Shown: in pieces, positions 49,238 to 59,125 of the stretch
Layout: the number at the start of each line of letters is the position of its first letter
Position numbering within the stretch: position 1 is the first letter of the stretch
The notes under the pieces: generated by a model
Told to the model about the DNA's origin: nothing
Databases searched by the model: none
The model's input: the letters and a program-made list of their open reading frames with translations, nothing else
Assembly: GCA_037130175.1 (NCBI GenBank)
Contig: JBAXTN010000006.1
Coordinates: 21,829-85,828, forward strand
Length of the DNA: 64,000 nt
Source: a bacterium
Lineage (GTDB): Bacteria > Verrucomicrobiota > Verrucomicrobiia > Chthoniobacterales > UBA6821
Reading direction: 5' to 3'
Made by a program: the position numbers and the translations under genes

Positions 49238-50461
49238 ATGTCATTTCAGGATCTTGGATTATTCGAACCAATCGTGCACGGCGCACAGAGGATGGGTTAT
49301 GTAGAGCCTTCACCCATTCAGGAGCAGGCCATACCCACCGTGTTGCGTGGCGGGGATCTGATCGCCTCCGCCCAGACGGGTACCGGGAAGACGGCTGCCT
49401 TTGGACTACCTATTTTGAGCCGACTCGAGGTGGCAACGGGCAAGATACGCTGTCTGATCCTGGAGCCAACCCGCGAACTGGCTCTTCAAGTCGAAGCGGC
49501 ATTCAAGGATTTCTCCGCATTCACCGATCTTGAAACGGTGGTGCTTTTCGGAGGAGTTGGATACGGCACTCAACGGGACGCCCTCCAACGGGGGGTTGAT
49601 ATCATCATCGCCACGCCGGGCAGGCTGCTTGATTTCCTCCAGCAGGGAGAGGTTAGTTTCGCCGACATTTCCATTCTGGTGCTCGACGAAGTGGACCGGA
49701 TGCTGGACATGGGGTTTTTGCCTGATGTCCGCCGCATCGTGGAAAAATGTCCCAAGGAACGCCAGACACTCCTCTTTTCCGCAACTGTTCCGGATGAGAT
49801 CGAGCGCCTCTCCTCCTGGTGTCTTCGTAATCCTGAAAAAATATCGATAGGGGCACGACGCTCTGCCGCTGAAACCGTGAAGCATGCATTTTACCCGGTT
49901 GCCGTGGCTCAGAAATTTGATCTACTCAAGGCGATGCTCGATCGCACGGACTATCATAGTGTCCTCATTTTTTGCCGTACCAAGGATGGGGCCGACCGGA
50001 TCGCCCGCCAGTTGGAGAGTGAAAATCACAAGGTGGCGGTCATGCATTCCAACCGCTCGCAGCAGGAGCGGATGGATGCGCTCGAGGGATTCAAAGATGG
50101 ACGGTATGAAGTCATGGTGGCCACGGACATAGCCGCACGAGGTATCGATATCGCGGGGGTCAGCCATGTCATTAATTTCGATGTGCCGCAGCACCCCGAA
50201 GATTATGTACACCGTATCGGTCGCACAGGGCGTGCGCAGAGTGAAGGAGATGCCTTTACCATCATGACGGCTGAGGAACTTCCTCATGTGAAGGCGATAG
50301 AAACTTTCATTGCGCAGAAGGTGCCTCGTGAGAAACTGGAAAACTTCCCCTACCTTTTCACTATGCTCTTCCAGGAAGAAGAAGCGGCCCGTGTGCTCAA
50401 AAACATCAGGGGCGCACGCACGCTCAAGGGCTATAGCTATGGTGCCCGTAAGAAGCGATAG
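49238..50461 (+). CDS. DEAD-box ATP-dependent RNA helicase
   Basis: Q motif (PSPIQEQAIP), AQTGTGKT, PTRELA, VLDEVDRM (DEVD variant), SAT, and HRIGRTGRA. Confidence 0.93.
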   Translation: MSFQDLGLFEPIVHGAQRMGYVEPSPIQEQAIPTVLRGGDLIASAQTGTGKTAAFGLPILSRLEVATGKIRCLILEPTRELALQVEAAFKDFSAFTDLETVVLFGGVGYGTQRDALQRGVDIIIATPGRLLDFLQQGEVSFADISILVLDEVDRMLDMGFLPDVRRIVEKCPKERQTLLFSATVPDEIERLSSWCLRNPEKISIGARRSAAETVKHAFYPVAVAQKFDLLKAMLDRTDYHSVLIFCRTKDGADRIARQLESENHKVAVMHSNRSQQERMDALEGFKDGRYEVMVATDIAARGIDIAGVSHVINFDVPQHPEDYVHRIGRTGRAQSEGDAFTIMTAEELPHVKAIETFIAQKVPREKLENFPYLFTMLFQEEEAARVLKNIRGARTLKGYSYGARKKR

Positions 50462-50475
50462 GTGATGATCGGGAT

Positions 50476-51222
50476 GTGAGTCAGCAAGGATGGGAGATGC
50501 ATCATTTTCCAATCGTTCATAGCAAGCATGCCGATCAATCCGGAGAGTGCTGTCTAGTCTCCATTCTCTCCAAAAAATATTCCGGAATACAAAAGCCCGT
50601 TTTTGTATTGCTCTGCATGGTGATGCTCTGCGGGAGTGTGATAAGCAAGTCAGTGGAGCCGGCAGTACCCCTCGGAGAGCAGATACTCTCGGTTTCTCCT
50701 GACGGGAAATTTCTTGTCCGTCGTGAAAAAGCAGAGCCCGGTGAACATGGTGAGGCCCGCAAGAATTTGGAGATTTGCTCCAAGTCGGGAAAAATTTTGT
50801 ATTCATGGGCCAGCGGACTTGGAGCTACGACGATGCTCTGGAGCCCGGATGCACACTATCTCGCGGTGAACGACATGCCGGGGGAGCATGGGGATCTTGT
50901 GCGTCTCTTTGCCCTTGATCCGGTAAAATTGGTCGTCACACCGTTGCGTGAACCCGACGGTAAAAAACTACTTCATGACGAAGAGGTGCGGCATGGTTCC
51001 TTTCTTTCTGCACTGGATGAAGTACATCTTCGTGCAGTGGAATGGAGGGATGGCAGGCTCTGGTGTCTGCTCACGGGGACTGCCCATCCCAAACGACAAC
51101 CGATGGTTCATGTCCCGTTTCATCGACTTTGGGTATTTGGGTTAAGTGGTGTCGAGCCCCCTGTTTTAGAGGAAGAGTGGACGAGGGATCTGCCAGGAGA
51201 GCGGGCCGAGAGAAAGCAGTAA
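50476..51222 (+). CDS. Hypothetical (probably secreted) protein
   Basis: Uninterrupted ORF with an internal hydrophobic segment (VFVLLCMVMLCGSVISKS) that looks like a signal peptide, so the true start is probably downstream of 50476. I recognise no family. Confidence 0.5.
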   Translation: MSQQGWEMHHFPIVHSKHADQSGECCLVSILSKKYSGIQKPVFVLLCMVMLCGSVISKSVEPAVPLGEQILSVSPDGKFLVRREKAEPGEHGEARKNLEICSKSGKILYSWASGLGATTMLWSPDAHYLAVNDMPGEHGDLVRLFALDPVKLVVTPLREPDGKKLLHDEEVRHGSFLSALDEVHLRAVEWRDGRLWCLLTGTAHPKRQPMVHVPFHRLWVFGLSGVEPPVLEEEWTRDLPGERAERKQ

Positions 51223-51293
51223 GCCAATCTATATATAGCCATTCCTTGCAGCGGCATAGGGCTTGGCTGTGTCGCGTCGCTCGGGCTATGGGG

Positions 51294-53579
51294 CTAATAA
51301 TTGTCGATCTTTGGCAGCTGAAAGAGATGGAATCCTTTTTTCTTGGGTTTCGGTGTTGGAGAGGGATCGAGTTTGTTCCTGATGTCTTTGGCTCTTCTGC
51401 CAAGCTCCGACTCGCTCCCTTCACTGATACTGGCTTTCTCCATGGCTTCGTTGGAATCGACAACGACCGGTTGAATCATGACGACCAGTTCACTGCGCCG
51501 TCTGGTTTTTTTACTCTGTCCTCCGAGGAGTGGTCCGAGGATTGGGATTTTTCCGATGTAGGGAATGCCGGCATCATCAATGGTTTTGTCATCCGTAATG
51601 AGTCCGCCAAGAACAATCGTGGAACCGCTAGGGACACGAACGGAAGTGGTGAGTTCCTGAGTCAGGATGTTCGGTACGCTATTGCCGCCAATATTCACAT
51701 AGTCCCCGAGTTTGTCATTATGCTGGGCAATCTGGAGGTTCACTTCGTGGTCGGAATTGATCAGCGGAATGACTTCCAGTTTGAGAACGACAGGCTGATA
51801 ACCGACGGTCGAGTTGACTGAGGATCCGCTGATACCGGGCGTGGTGTTGACCTGGGTGGTCGTTGGAACCGGAACATTCTGACCTGAGAAGATCGTGGCT
51901 TTCTTGTTGTTGCTGGTATAGACGACGGGGCGTGCAAGTGTCCGGAATTTTCCGGTGGATTCCAGAAAATGAGCATAGGTGCTGATGCCCTGAGCCACGG
52001 TGCCGTAGACAGTGAGGCCCGTGAGGGCGGAAGGGAAGGAGTTGATGGCATTGGTGAGGCCGGTAGTGACCAGGTTGGTCAAGGCTCCCGCAAAGGTGTT
52101 GTTCAATGCGGCACCGAGTAGATTATTGCTACCGCCGTTATTGAGCTTGGCAAACCAGGAGGCGCCATAGTCGATACCCTCCGTCAGCTGTAGTTGACCG
52201 ATGACGGCAGCGAGATAAACCTGCTTCGGGCGCTGGTCAAGCAGGTCGATGATTTCCCTAGCCTTGTTTTTGGTGTCAGGAGGTCCGTAGACGATGATGC
52301 TGTTGGCGTTGGGGTCGGAGATGATATTTGCCGGACCGATCGTGACGGACTGAGGGGTGCTTTGCTGGGGTTCCGGGAGTTTATCGGCGGTATTGGCCAC
52401 CGCGCCTCCACTGCCGCTGGAAGTACCTGAACTCCCCCCCGAGGATGAACTCTGGGTTGGAGGGGGTGTCGGAGCAGGAGTTGAACTTGCCTGTCCTGAC
52501 TTGCGGCTGTCGGCATCATCCTTCCCCTTGAGCATATCGACAAGGACGGGAAAGACATCATTGACGGGAAGATAGTTAAGAGGACGAACGAGAGGTAAGG
52601 ATGAGTCGGCTGGCTGATCAAGTTTGCTGATTAGCTCACGCAGATATTTATAGTTCTCGGCCTTGACGATCATGAGAATCCGGTTTGTCCGCTTGTCGGC
52701 GATGAATTGTGGTTTGCCGCTTAAGAGATGAACCTCGCCACCCGCGGTGACTGATCCTCCTGTATTCCCCTGTGGCTGACCTGCTGGTCGAGTCGCTCCG
52801 GTTCCAGTGCCTGTAGCAAACATGGCATTGAGTGTTTCGACCGTTTTTTCAGCATTGGCGCGTTGAAGCGGAATGAATTCGGTAATGATCTTGCTGGGTT
52901 CCCGATCGACGACATCAAGGATGGCGAGGATTTTACGGATGACGGGGGTTTTTTCAGTGATGATGAGGGCGCTCGTGTTGGGGACGGAAACAAGGGATGT
53001 GGATGGGCTGACCTGAATGATCCCCTGAATAATCGTGCTGGCTTCATCGGGGCTGAGAAACCGCAGTGGTTTGTAGAAACTGACCAGCTTGTCACCATTC
53101 TGAGGGAGTTGAGATTCCTCCAGATAGAGAGGCAGACCCTCCGTACGCACAAGTCGGCTCGGGCCGAGAATCTTGACGGTCTTTTCATCCACCGGTACGA
53201 GCGTATAACCGTTTAGAAGCAGAGAGCTCTCGATCATCGCAACCGCTTCACTCAGCGGAATTTCATTTGCCGCGAGAATCGTCAGTTCAGGGCCTGCCAG
53301 ATTGGAGTCGCGTATGATTTTTTTGCCCGTGAGCTGTTCGTAGTAGTTGAGCACTTCATTGACAGAAGTGTGCGGGAACTGGATGGAAGTTGTTTTTTCT
53401 CCAGAGGAATTTACTGAAGGCTGAGGAGTTGGTGCCTGCTGAGTGCCTGCCATATCGGGTATGCCGCCAGCCGGGCGGTCTGGAGGAAGGGTCTGCTGGG
53501 CGTGGACGAGTGAAGAAACAATCAGGATCAATCCTGAAAGAAGGAAGAGCAAAAATGGTTTGAGCAATACGGGTTTCAT
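51294..53579 (-). CDS. gspD: Type II secretion system secretin
   Basis: Signal peptide, N0-N3-like domains, a Ser/Gly/Pro-rich linker and the secretin C-domain (VPSGSTIVLGGLITDDK...GIPYIGKIPILGPLLGGQSKKTRRRSELVVMIQPVVV). Confidence 0.92.
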   Translation of the reverse strand: MKPVLLKPFLLFLLSGLILIVSSLVHAQQTLPPDRPAGGIPDMAGTQQAPTPQPSVNSSGEKTTSIQFPHTSVNEVLNYYEQLTGKKIIRDSNLAGPELTILAANEIPLSEAVAMIESSLLLNGYTLVPVDEKTVKILGPSRLVRTEGLPLYLEESQLPQNGDKLVSFYKPLRFLSPDEASTIIQGIIQVSPSTSLVSVPNTSALIITEKTPVIRKILAILDVVDREPSKIITEFIPLQRANAEKTVETLNAMFATGTGTGATRPAGQPQGNTGGSVTAGGEVHLLSGKPQFIADKRTNRILMIVKAENYKYLRELISKLDQPADSSLPLVRPLNYLPVNDVFPVLVDMLKGKDDADSRKSGQASSTPAPTPPPTQSSSSGGSSGTSSGSGGAVANTADKLPEPQQSTPQSVTIGPANIISDPNANSIIVYGPPDTKNKAREIIDLLDQRPKQVYLAAVIGQLQLTEGIDYGASWFAKLNNGGSNNLLGAALNNTFAGALTNLVTTGLTNAINSFPSALTGLTVYGTVAQGISTYAHFLESTGKFRTLARPVVYTSNNKKATIFSGQNVPVPTTTQVNTTPGISGSSVNSTVGYQPVVLKLEVIPLINSDHEVNLQIAQHNDKLGDYVNIGGNSVPNILTQELTTSVRVPSGSTIVLGGLITDDKTIDDAGIPYIGKIPILGPLLGGQSKKTRRRSELVVMIQPVVVDSNEAMEKASISEGSESELGRRAKDIRNKLDPSPTPKPKKKGFHLFQLPKIDNY

Positions 53580-53598
53580 GGGATTAATCCGCGCTTTC

Positions 53599-54240
53599 TC
53601 AGGGCTGTGGCGGGGTCACCATCGGACGGCGGATGATGCGGTGCGTTTGTGGTGCGATGACGGGTGATTGCCCTGTGTTGATGGCGCCGGGAGGCTGCGG
53701 TAACGGAGGTAACTTCACTCCCAACTGTTTTACGGCAGCGGGGGAGCCGGGGACTTGAAGCGCGGTGGGTTGAACCTGTTGCTGTGGGGTCGCCTCCAGA
53801 TAGCCGATGGTTCCTGTCACGGCACCGACTCGAATCGTGGCTTTCTGCGGAAGCGCAGATCCCTCCCGGATGAGGGTGACTAGGGACATGTTCTTGGTAT
53901 TGGGTGTGCGAGTCAGCATTTCCCGACTCTGGTCAGTCCGGTCAAAAACAAAAATTTCCTCCACTCCCCCGATTGTGACAATTCCTGTCAGGGCATACCT
54001 TTCAGCCAAAGGGGAGCTCTCCTCGGCTGTCGGCAGGGAGAAAGGTGACCGCTGGAGCAATGTTTGAAAATCCTCAAGAGTTCTTGGTTTTTCCCATGGT
54101 GATGCCGGGAGGGAGGCGGTTGATTCTGTGTGCGCGGCAGGGATCATGCACAAGGTGATGCTGAACAAAGCAAGGCTCGACCGCATCATGAGGCTTAGGC
54201 ATGCGGCATGAGAAAATGTCTTTGGCATTTCCTTTCTCAA
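53599..54240 (-). CDS. Hypothetical T2SS accessory protein (position equivalent to GspC/PilP)
   Basis: N-terminal hydrophobic anchor (SLALFSITLCMIPAA) and a Pro/Gln-rich C-terminus. It lies between the GspM-like gene and gspD. The call rests on position only. Confidence 0.4.
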   Translation of the reverse strand: MRKEMPKTFSHAACLSLMMRSSLALFSITLCMIPAAHTESTASLPASPWEKPRTLEDFQTLLQRSPFSLPTAEESSPLAERYALTGIVTIGGVEEIFVFDRTDQSREMLTRTPNTKNMSLVTLIREGSALPQKATIRVGAVTGTIGYLEATPQQQVQPTALQVPGSPAAVKQLGVKLPPLPQPPGAINTGQSPVIAPQTHRIIRRPMVTPPQP

Positions 54241-54806
54241 GGTATGGCAGGGTGTGAGGAGTTGGTTGATGCGGTTGCCGGATGGAAATATTGCCGCAGT
54301 TCCAGTTCGGCGACGACATTGGGTGGCTGTGCATCACTCCGCAATGCCAATTTATCGAGGGATCGCCATCCTGTCGGAGTTTGCAAGGCGAAGAGATAAC
54401 GGACAACTCCAGCAAAAGGGCCGGAGAGTTTCACTGAAACCCCGACGCTGGAGCCATCGGGAATGTCCTGAGAGGGAAGAAGATTCTCTTCGATTACCTT
54501 CAGGCCGGCCTTCTCAGCTTCACTCTGTTCCAGCTTAAGCAGGCGGGCACTTGCATCGTCAGATTGCATCTCCGGCATGGGATGGGAGCCGACCCATTTC
54601 ATGGCGGGTTGCAGGGTTGTTGCCAGATTCAACCAGCTCTGATCGGAGGCAAGTTCGGTTTTGGCCGCGGTCATCGCCTGCTGAACCTTGGTGCGAGCTT
54701 GGAGAAAAGCTCGCAGTCCAAGCATGTTCAGTCCAATAAAGACGGCTCCGCACAAAATCAAAAAAAGTGTTTTTTCACTTCGAGCCAGCGGTCTCATGGG
54801 TTGCAT
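54237..54806 (-). CDS. GspM/PilO-like bitopic inner-membrane protein
   Basis: An internal Met (MQPMRPLARSEK) is followed by a single TM (TLFLILCGAVFIGLNMLGL), a coiled coil, then a small periplasmic domain. It follows the GspL-like gene. Confidence 0.5.
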   Translation of the reverse strand: MQPMRPLARSEKTLFLILCGAVFIGLNMLGLRAFLQARTKVQQAMTAAKTELASDQSWLNLATTLQPAMKWVGSHPMPEMQSDDASARLLKLEQSEAEKAGLKVIEENLLPSQDIPDGSSVGVSVKLSGPFAGVVRYLFALQTPTGWRSLDKLALRSDAQPPNVVAELELRQYFHPATASTNSSHPAIP

Positions 54807-56145
54807 CGGGTCGGGTTCCCTCCATGTCGAAGCGTACGCTGTTTTTGCCTGCCAGTTGAGGCTGGGAGGCATTCCAATCGTACTCTTGCAGGAGTGGATT
54901 TTTTTTGAGTTGTTCGATCGCGCTGTAGGCCTGAGTTACATCCGTAGTTTCTCCGGAGAGGTGAAGGCGACCCTGTTCAAGTGAGAAAAGGGTGAGGCGC
55001 ACTTTTCCAGCTTGGGTGGGAGCAGCTACCGACGCAAGAAGATCGAGAGCATAGGTGTTCGGATCAATCACCGGTCTCAGGGCCCTCCAGCGGCTGGATT
55101 GAAGTTGGGCGTCAAGCGCAGGTTGCTCAATTTTAGAAATTTCTTTACGAAGACGATTTAAGGCCGCCTGCCGGATAAGCAGATCGCCGGCTCCCCAAAG
55201 CAAGAGAAGCAGATAGAAAATCACCCCGGCAATGGCAAGGGAGAACAATTTTTCCCGCTGTTTGACACGGCTCCGTTGTGTCTTGGCTTGAGAGGGGGGC
55301 AGATCAAAAGTCTCCTGCCGAAGCAGGGGAGGGGTGGGATCGGAGTCACGGCGGATGATTCTGGACTGGGGCAGTGTCGCCGCGAGCGAAGCGATGCATG
55401 ACAAGGCAGATCCCTCGGGAAGCCCGTCGCACAGTATCCGCACAGGCAGATGCTGCAACACTCCCTCTGCGAGTAGTCTTAGCGAGATGCGATGAATGAG
55501 GCCGCCGATATCATGATGTCGGGCGCTACAGAAGCAAACAGGTGTTTGATTCCGGTAAAAAGACATTTGAATCACCCCCCATTCTTTCCAAAGGATAAGA
55601 TCGTGATCGAGCGAACCTGCCAGGAGCCGGGAAGGAAGTTCGAATCGGGTGGCGCTTTTCCAGTCCGTGGGCATGATCTCTTCGGGAAAAGGCTCATCAG
55701 GTGCCACTGCCAAAACCAGCCGTCGGTTTTCAGTCTGAAGGATCGGCAGGACGAGCATAGACTCTTCCATGCCTCGCTTGAGAAGATGCCTGCCGGATAA
55801 TTCAAGGCGTACAAGATCGGAGCTTTCTCCCTCTCCGGCTATCCAGAGTGGCCATGCAAAAAGAGCGGATGAGGGAAGGCAGACGATACGATCCGTTGCT
55901 GGAGGGGTTGCGGCATCCGGTGAAAGTAGAGCGGGTGCCTGATCCGGTGAGAGAACCCACCGCTCCCATGTGCCCTCCGTCCGACCGGGGCGTTCCACGA
56001 TGGAGCGACCCTGTGGTTTTTTTGTGTGGGCATGCGCCGCGCTCTTCCCAAGCCTTGGAAGGGGCGGTTTTTTTTGATTCTCCTCGACGATTGATTTGGA
56101 ATCGCGGGAGGCCATATCGGGCGACGGGCTCATTGTTCCATCCAT
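54775..56145 (-). CDS. GspL-like (PilM/PilN-like fusion) T2SS assembly protein
   Basis: About 300 aa of cytoplasmic domain, one TM (LFSLAIAGVIFYLLLLLWGAGDLLI) and a PilN-like periplasmic domain. It sits after gspK. Confidence 0.55.
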   Translation of the reverse strand: MDGTMSPSPDMASRDSKSIVEENQKKPPLPRLGKSAAHAHTKKPQGRSIVERPGRTEGTWERWVLSPDQAPALLSPDAATPPATDRIVCLPSSALFAWPLWIAGEGESSDLVRLELSGRHLLKRGMEESMLVLPILQTENRRLVLAVAPDEPFPEEIMPTDWKSATRFELPSRLLAGSLDHDLILWKEWGVIQMSFYRNQTPVCFCSARHHDIGGLIHRISLRLLAEGVLQHLPVRILCDGLPEGSALSCIASLAATLPQSRIIRRDSDPTPPLLRQETFDLPPSQAKTQRSRVKQREKLFSLAIAGVIFYLLLLLWGAGDLLIRQAALNRLRKEISKIEQPALDAQLQSSRWRALRPVIDPNTYALDLLASVAAPTQAGKVRLTLFSLEQGRLHLSGETTDVTQAYSAIEQLKKNPLLQEYDWNASQPQLAGKNSVRFDMEGTRPDATHETAGSK

Positions 56146-57071
56146 CCTAGCAGATTGCCGGAAGATTGGGCATTATCTGTTGAGCCTCCGCTCAGAATGA
56201 CCGTGATGTGCCGCTTGACGCCATTGCATAACCCCGTGCTCTCTATCCGCCTCACACTGCCGACGACATCACAGGCATCCAGAATCACCGACTGCTGCGC
56301 TCCTGTGCATCCCATTAGGGAGACAGCATGGGAAATCGTATCCACTGTCAGGTCGTCACTGCTTCCATCAATGCCATCCTTCCCAGAGCGCAGGGTAATC
56401 CATTGATCGGCCTGTTCCCGTGAGAGACCGAGAAAGTCGGTGAGAATCAACTTGGGCGCATGGAGAATGTTAATCTTTCCGTTGTAGTGGGTGGTGAATG
56501 CATTGCGCCAGTCCGAATGGGCGTGGATCACGGGGGCAAAGCCGAGCACAAGTGCCATTTCGGAGGTTGAGACGAACGGTGCATCGGGAGGAAATCCCGC
56601 CCGCCCCACGGCCTCATATTCCGCTTTTTTTGCCCCATACAGCGAACGGACGGGGGTGGTGCTCTGCCAGTCATAAAGTCCGTCGGCTGCCACATCGCTT
56701 TCGCTGATGCTAAGTCCCCAAGTAATGAAAAGCTTCTTGAGTAGATCGCGCCGGTCAGGAGATGCGGCGAGAAGGGAGTTAGGGTTGATGAGGCCTGATT
56801 CATCACTGATAGTGACCTTAAACCCTTCCCCCTTGTCACTGGTATGATGTTCCAGTAGCGGATCGCCTGGCCCTATTCCGGGATTCATCGCCAGAGCAAT
56901 GCCGCTTAAGGCCTGCTGGCGTGCCCGGAACTGCTTTCCCTCCCGTGTTTCCTCGGAGATCCAACCTTCGATGATGCCCGCGAGTAGAATGGTGATGGCT
57001 GCAAGCATGGCAATCGTCCAGAGCACCATCGGCAGTGCCATGCCTGACTGATAGTGTCGGACGCGGCTCAT
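56130..57071 (-). CDS. gspK: T2SS minor pseudopilin GspK
   Basis: N-terminus GMALPMVLWTIAMLAAITILLAGI lacks the Glu+5 typical of the other pseudopilins. The body is large and globular, and the gene sits at the end of the pseudopilin series. Confidence 0.75.
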   Translation of the reverse strand: MSRVRHYQSGMALPMVLWTIAMLAAITILLAGIIEGWISEETREGKQFRARQQALSGIALAMNPGIGPGDPLLEHHTSDKGEGFKVTISDESGLINPNSLLAASPDRRDLLKKLFITWGLSISESDVAADGLYDWQSTTPVRSLYGAKKAEYEAVGRAGFPPDAPFVSTSEMALVLGFAPVIHAHSDWRNAFTTHYNGKINILHAPKLILTDFLGLSREQADQWITLRSGKDGIDGSSDDLTVDTISHAVSLMGCTGAQQSVILDACDVVGSVRRIESTGLCNGVKRHITVILSGGSTDNAQSSGNLLGWMEQ

Positions 57072-57739
57072 TTTTTTGGCGGAATGGGGGCAGGAGCATT
57101 CGACTCAGTAAGGGGAAGGGGAGGAGGTGTTGCGCCAATCGGAGGAAGATAAAACACTGCATCCAGCGGATGAGGGAGTTCATCTATTTCCAGTTGCAAC
57201 CGTACAAGAACCGGACGCGGACTGCCTGCGGGCAGTTCCTCCTTCCACTGGAGAACATTGTTGGAGCCGGTCATGAAGGACCAGCGCGGTTTTCGGATCT
57301 TCGGCAGAAGAGGCACCCCCCGGGAAGCGAGTACCTCGGCCCGCTGGCGATCCGAGGCGTTGGCGGGAATGGTGAGCATCGTCATGGTTCTGGTACCGTC
57401 GGATCGGGCGCGTGCTGTCAAAACCAGGGAACCTCCCGCGAGACTTGGCTGGCCAAAGATCTCCTGCGGCTTGGCAATGACGAGTTGCTCTCCCGGTTCG
57501 AGTGCGACTGATCCTTGCGCGGGAAGATTGAGAAAGGCGTCACGAGTCACGCGCAGAAAGGCATCAAGACGCCTTAGGATGAGTTGTTGCGTCATGGTCG
57601 TTTGCGATGCGCTGATGGCTGAGCTGACGATCGCGTAAACACAACCGGCCAGCAGAGCCATGATGGTCATGGAAATCACGACTTCCAACAGGGTGAATCC
57701 CTTGGGATGTTTTCTGCTGATCGTGCAGGGTGTCATCAA
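57068..57739 (-). CDS. gspJ: T2SS minor pseudopilin, GspJ-like
   Basis: Prepilin-type N-terminus KGFTLLEVVISMTIMALLAGCVYAI, 223 aa, between the I-like and K genes. Confidence 0.65.
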   Translation of the reverse strand: MMTPCTISRKHPKGFTLLEVVISMTIMALLAGCVYAIVSSAISASQTTMTQQLILRRLDAFLRVTRDAFLNLPAQGSVALEPGEQLVIAKPQEIFGQPSLAGGSLVLTARARSDGTRTMTMLTIPANASDRQRAEVLASRGVPLLPKIRKPRWSFMTGSNNVLQWKEELPAGSPRPVLVRLQLEIDELPHPLDAVFYLPPIGATPPPLPLTESNAPAPIPPKK

Positions 57740-58131
57740 TTGTTTATCAGGATGGATGCAGTCTCACTCTGCTTATCGAGTGTGGCTGAGATCGTCAGTT
57801 TCTTGATGTTCTGGATCTCGATGCCGTCTTTGTTTTTGACGGGATAAGGAACAAGGGTTTCCTCGAGCCGGATGCCGTGGTTGTCTTTTGCTTCCAGAAC
57901 CAATCTCTGGGTTTGGAGGGGGAAGCCCATGCGGAGGGCAAGTTGAGATTCGAGTTCGGAACGGATCATGGCGCGCTGACGGACTTCCAGAGCAGCCTCG
58001 ACAGCTGTATTGAGTGCCGTGATCAGACCCACGACTGCAATGGCAAAGACACCAAGGGCGATCATGACCTCAAGGAGGGTGAAGCCATGGCCGCTTTTCC
58101 CTCCATCCTCAGTCAGAGGAAGTCTATTCAT
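57736..58131 (-). CDS. gspI: T2SS minor pseudopilin, GspI-like
   Basis: Prepilin-type N-terminus [27 protein letters not shown], 131 aa. Confidence 0.65.
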   Translation of the reverse strand: MNRLPLTEDGGKSGHGFTLLEVMIALGVFAIAVVGLITALNTAVEAALEVRQRAMIRSELESQLALRMGFPLQTQRLVLEAKDNHGIRLEETLVPYPVKNKDGIEIQNIKKLTISATLDKQSETASILINN

Positions 58132-58603
58132 CGTCGTGGAGAAGCTGCGCGGTCAGCGCATCAAATGACATCGTGACCACATGGTTGGCATCGTAAATTT
58201 TTAATTCGAGAGGTTCGCAAATCCCGGCGGGGTTGAATTGCCAGACTTGATTGGTTCTGGGGAGATGAAATTTTGAGTCATTGAGACCCTTGACCTCAAG
58301 ATGCCACCCGGAAGGAAGTGGGACGCTGCTGATTCCGCTGGTTGTGATTTTGAGATTTTGGATTTCCCCGGATTCGATGGCCTTGGCCCGTGCATTCTGC
58401 GCAGCAGTAACTATGGCGTCAGAGGCCCGATCTCCGGCAGAGTTGGCATAGGCATCGTAGAGATAGGGTATGGATGCTGCCACCATGATCGCAATCAAGC
58501 TAAGAGCGATAATGATTTCCAGCAGTGTGAACCCTCCCGTATAGGATCCGGGGGAGAGAATAACCCGCGGGGGCCTATCTGCCGATATTACTCGGATCGC
58601 CAT
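58124..58603 (-). CDS. gspH: T2SS minor pseudopilin, GspH-like
   Basis: Prepilin-type N-terminus [24 protein letters not shown]. The start is uncertain (Met at 58603, 58636 or 58675). Confidence 0.65.
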   Translation of the reverse strand: MAIRVISADRPPRVILSPGSYTGGFTLLEIIIALSLIAIMVAASIPYLYDAYANSAGDRASDAIVTAAQNARAKAIESGEIQNLKITTSGISSVPLPSGWHLEVKGLNDSKFHLPRTNQVWQFNPAGICEPLELKIYDANHVVTMSFDALTAQLLHDDE

Positions 58604-59012
58604 CTTTGCCCTGCGGTCCGAGTGAGTAGAGGTCATACCCGTCCGTTTTGAATTTACCGGGATTACGATAGACATATTTCTGACCCCACGGATCCAGCGG
58701 AACAGACTCCATCAATTTTTTCCAATGCTGGGGTTTGGGATCTGAAGAGGGAAGCTGAACAAGTGCTTCGATACCCTGATCTGTGGTCGGTTTGCGGTAG
58801 TTAAGCATTTCATAAGTGCGAAGCTGCATGGAGATGGCCTGAATGTCGCTATTTGCCCTTTGTTCTTTGGCTACATCCAGATTGCCTCCAACCAGATAAA
58901 TGGCGGAACCGACAAGCACGGCAATGATGCCGAGAACCAGCATGATCTCAAAGAGCGTATATCCGGCTTGATCCTTCAGCAGAGAGGGGCGAAGAGAGAG
59001 GGGCTTGTTCAT
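58575..59012 (-). CDS. gspG: T2SS major pseudopilin GspG
   Basis: Met22 of the ORF gives leader [17 protein letters not shown] followed by [18 protein letters not shown]. The GspG body is [33 protein letters not shown]. Confidence 0.9.
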   Translation of the reverse strand: MNKPLSLRPSLLKDQAGYTLFEIMLVLGIIAVLVGSAIYLVGGNLDVAKEQRANSDIQAISMQLRTYEMLNYRKPTTDQGIEALVQLPSSDPKPQHWKKLMESVPLDPWGQKYVYRNPGKFKTDGYDLYSLGPQGKDGDPSNIGR

Positions 59013-59125
59013 GATGACGGGAATCTGTGGCAAGGCTAGGATGATGGTTTGTTTGCACCGTGCACCATGGCCCACACTATCTCTTCCAAGAAATGCTTCG
59101 GGTCAAGCGCTACTCGCTTGATTTT

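Noticed and set aside
51042-51821. 259-aa plus-strand ORF overlapping the 3' part of gspD and the 50476 gene.
   Set aside because: It is antisense to the conserved secretin C-domain and has no motifs, so it is a shadow ORF.
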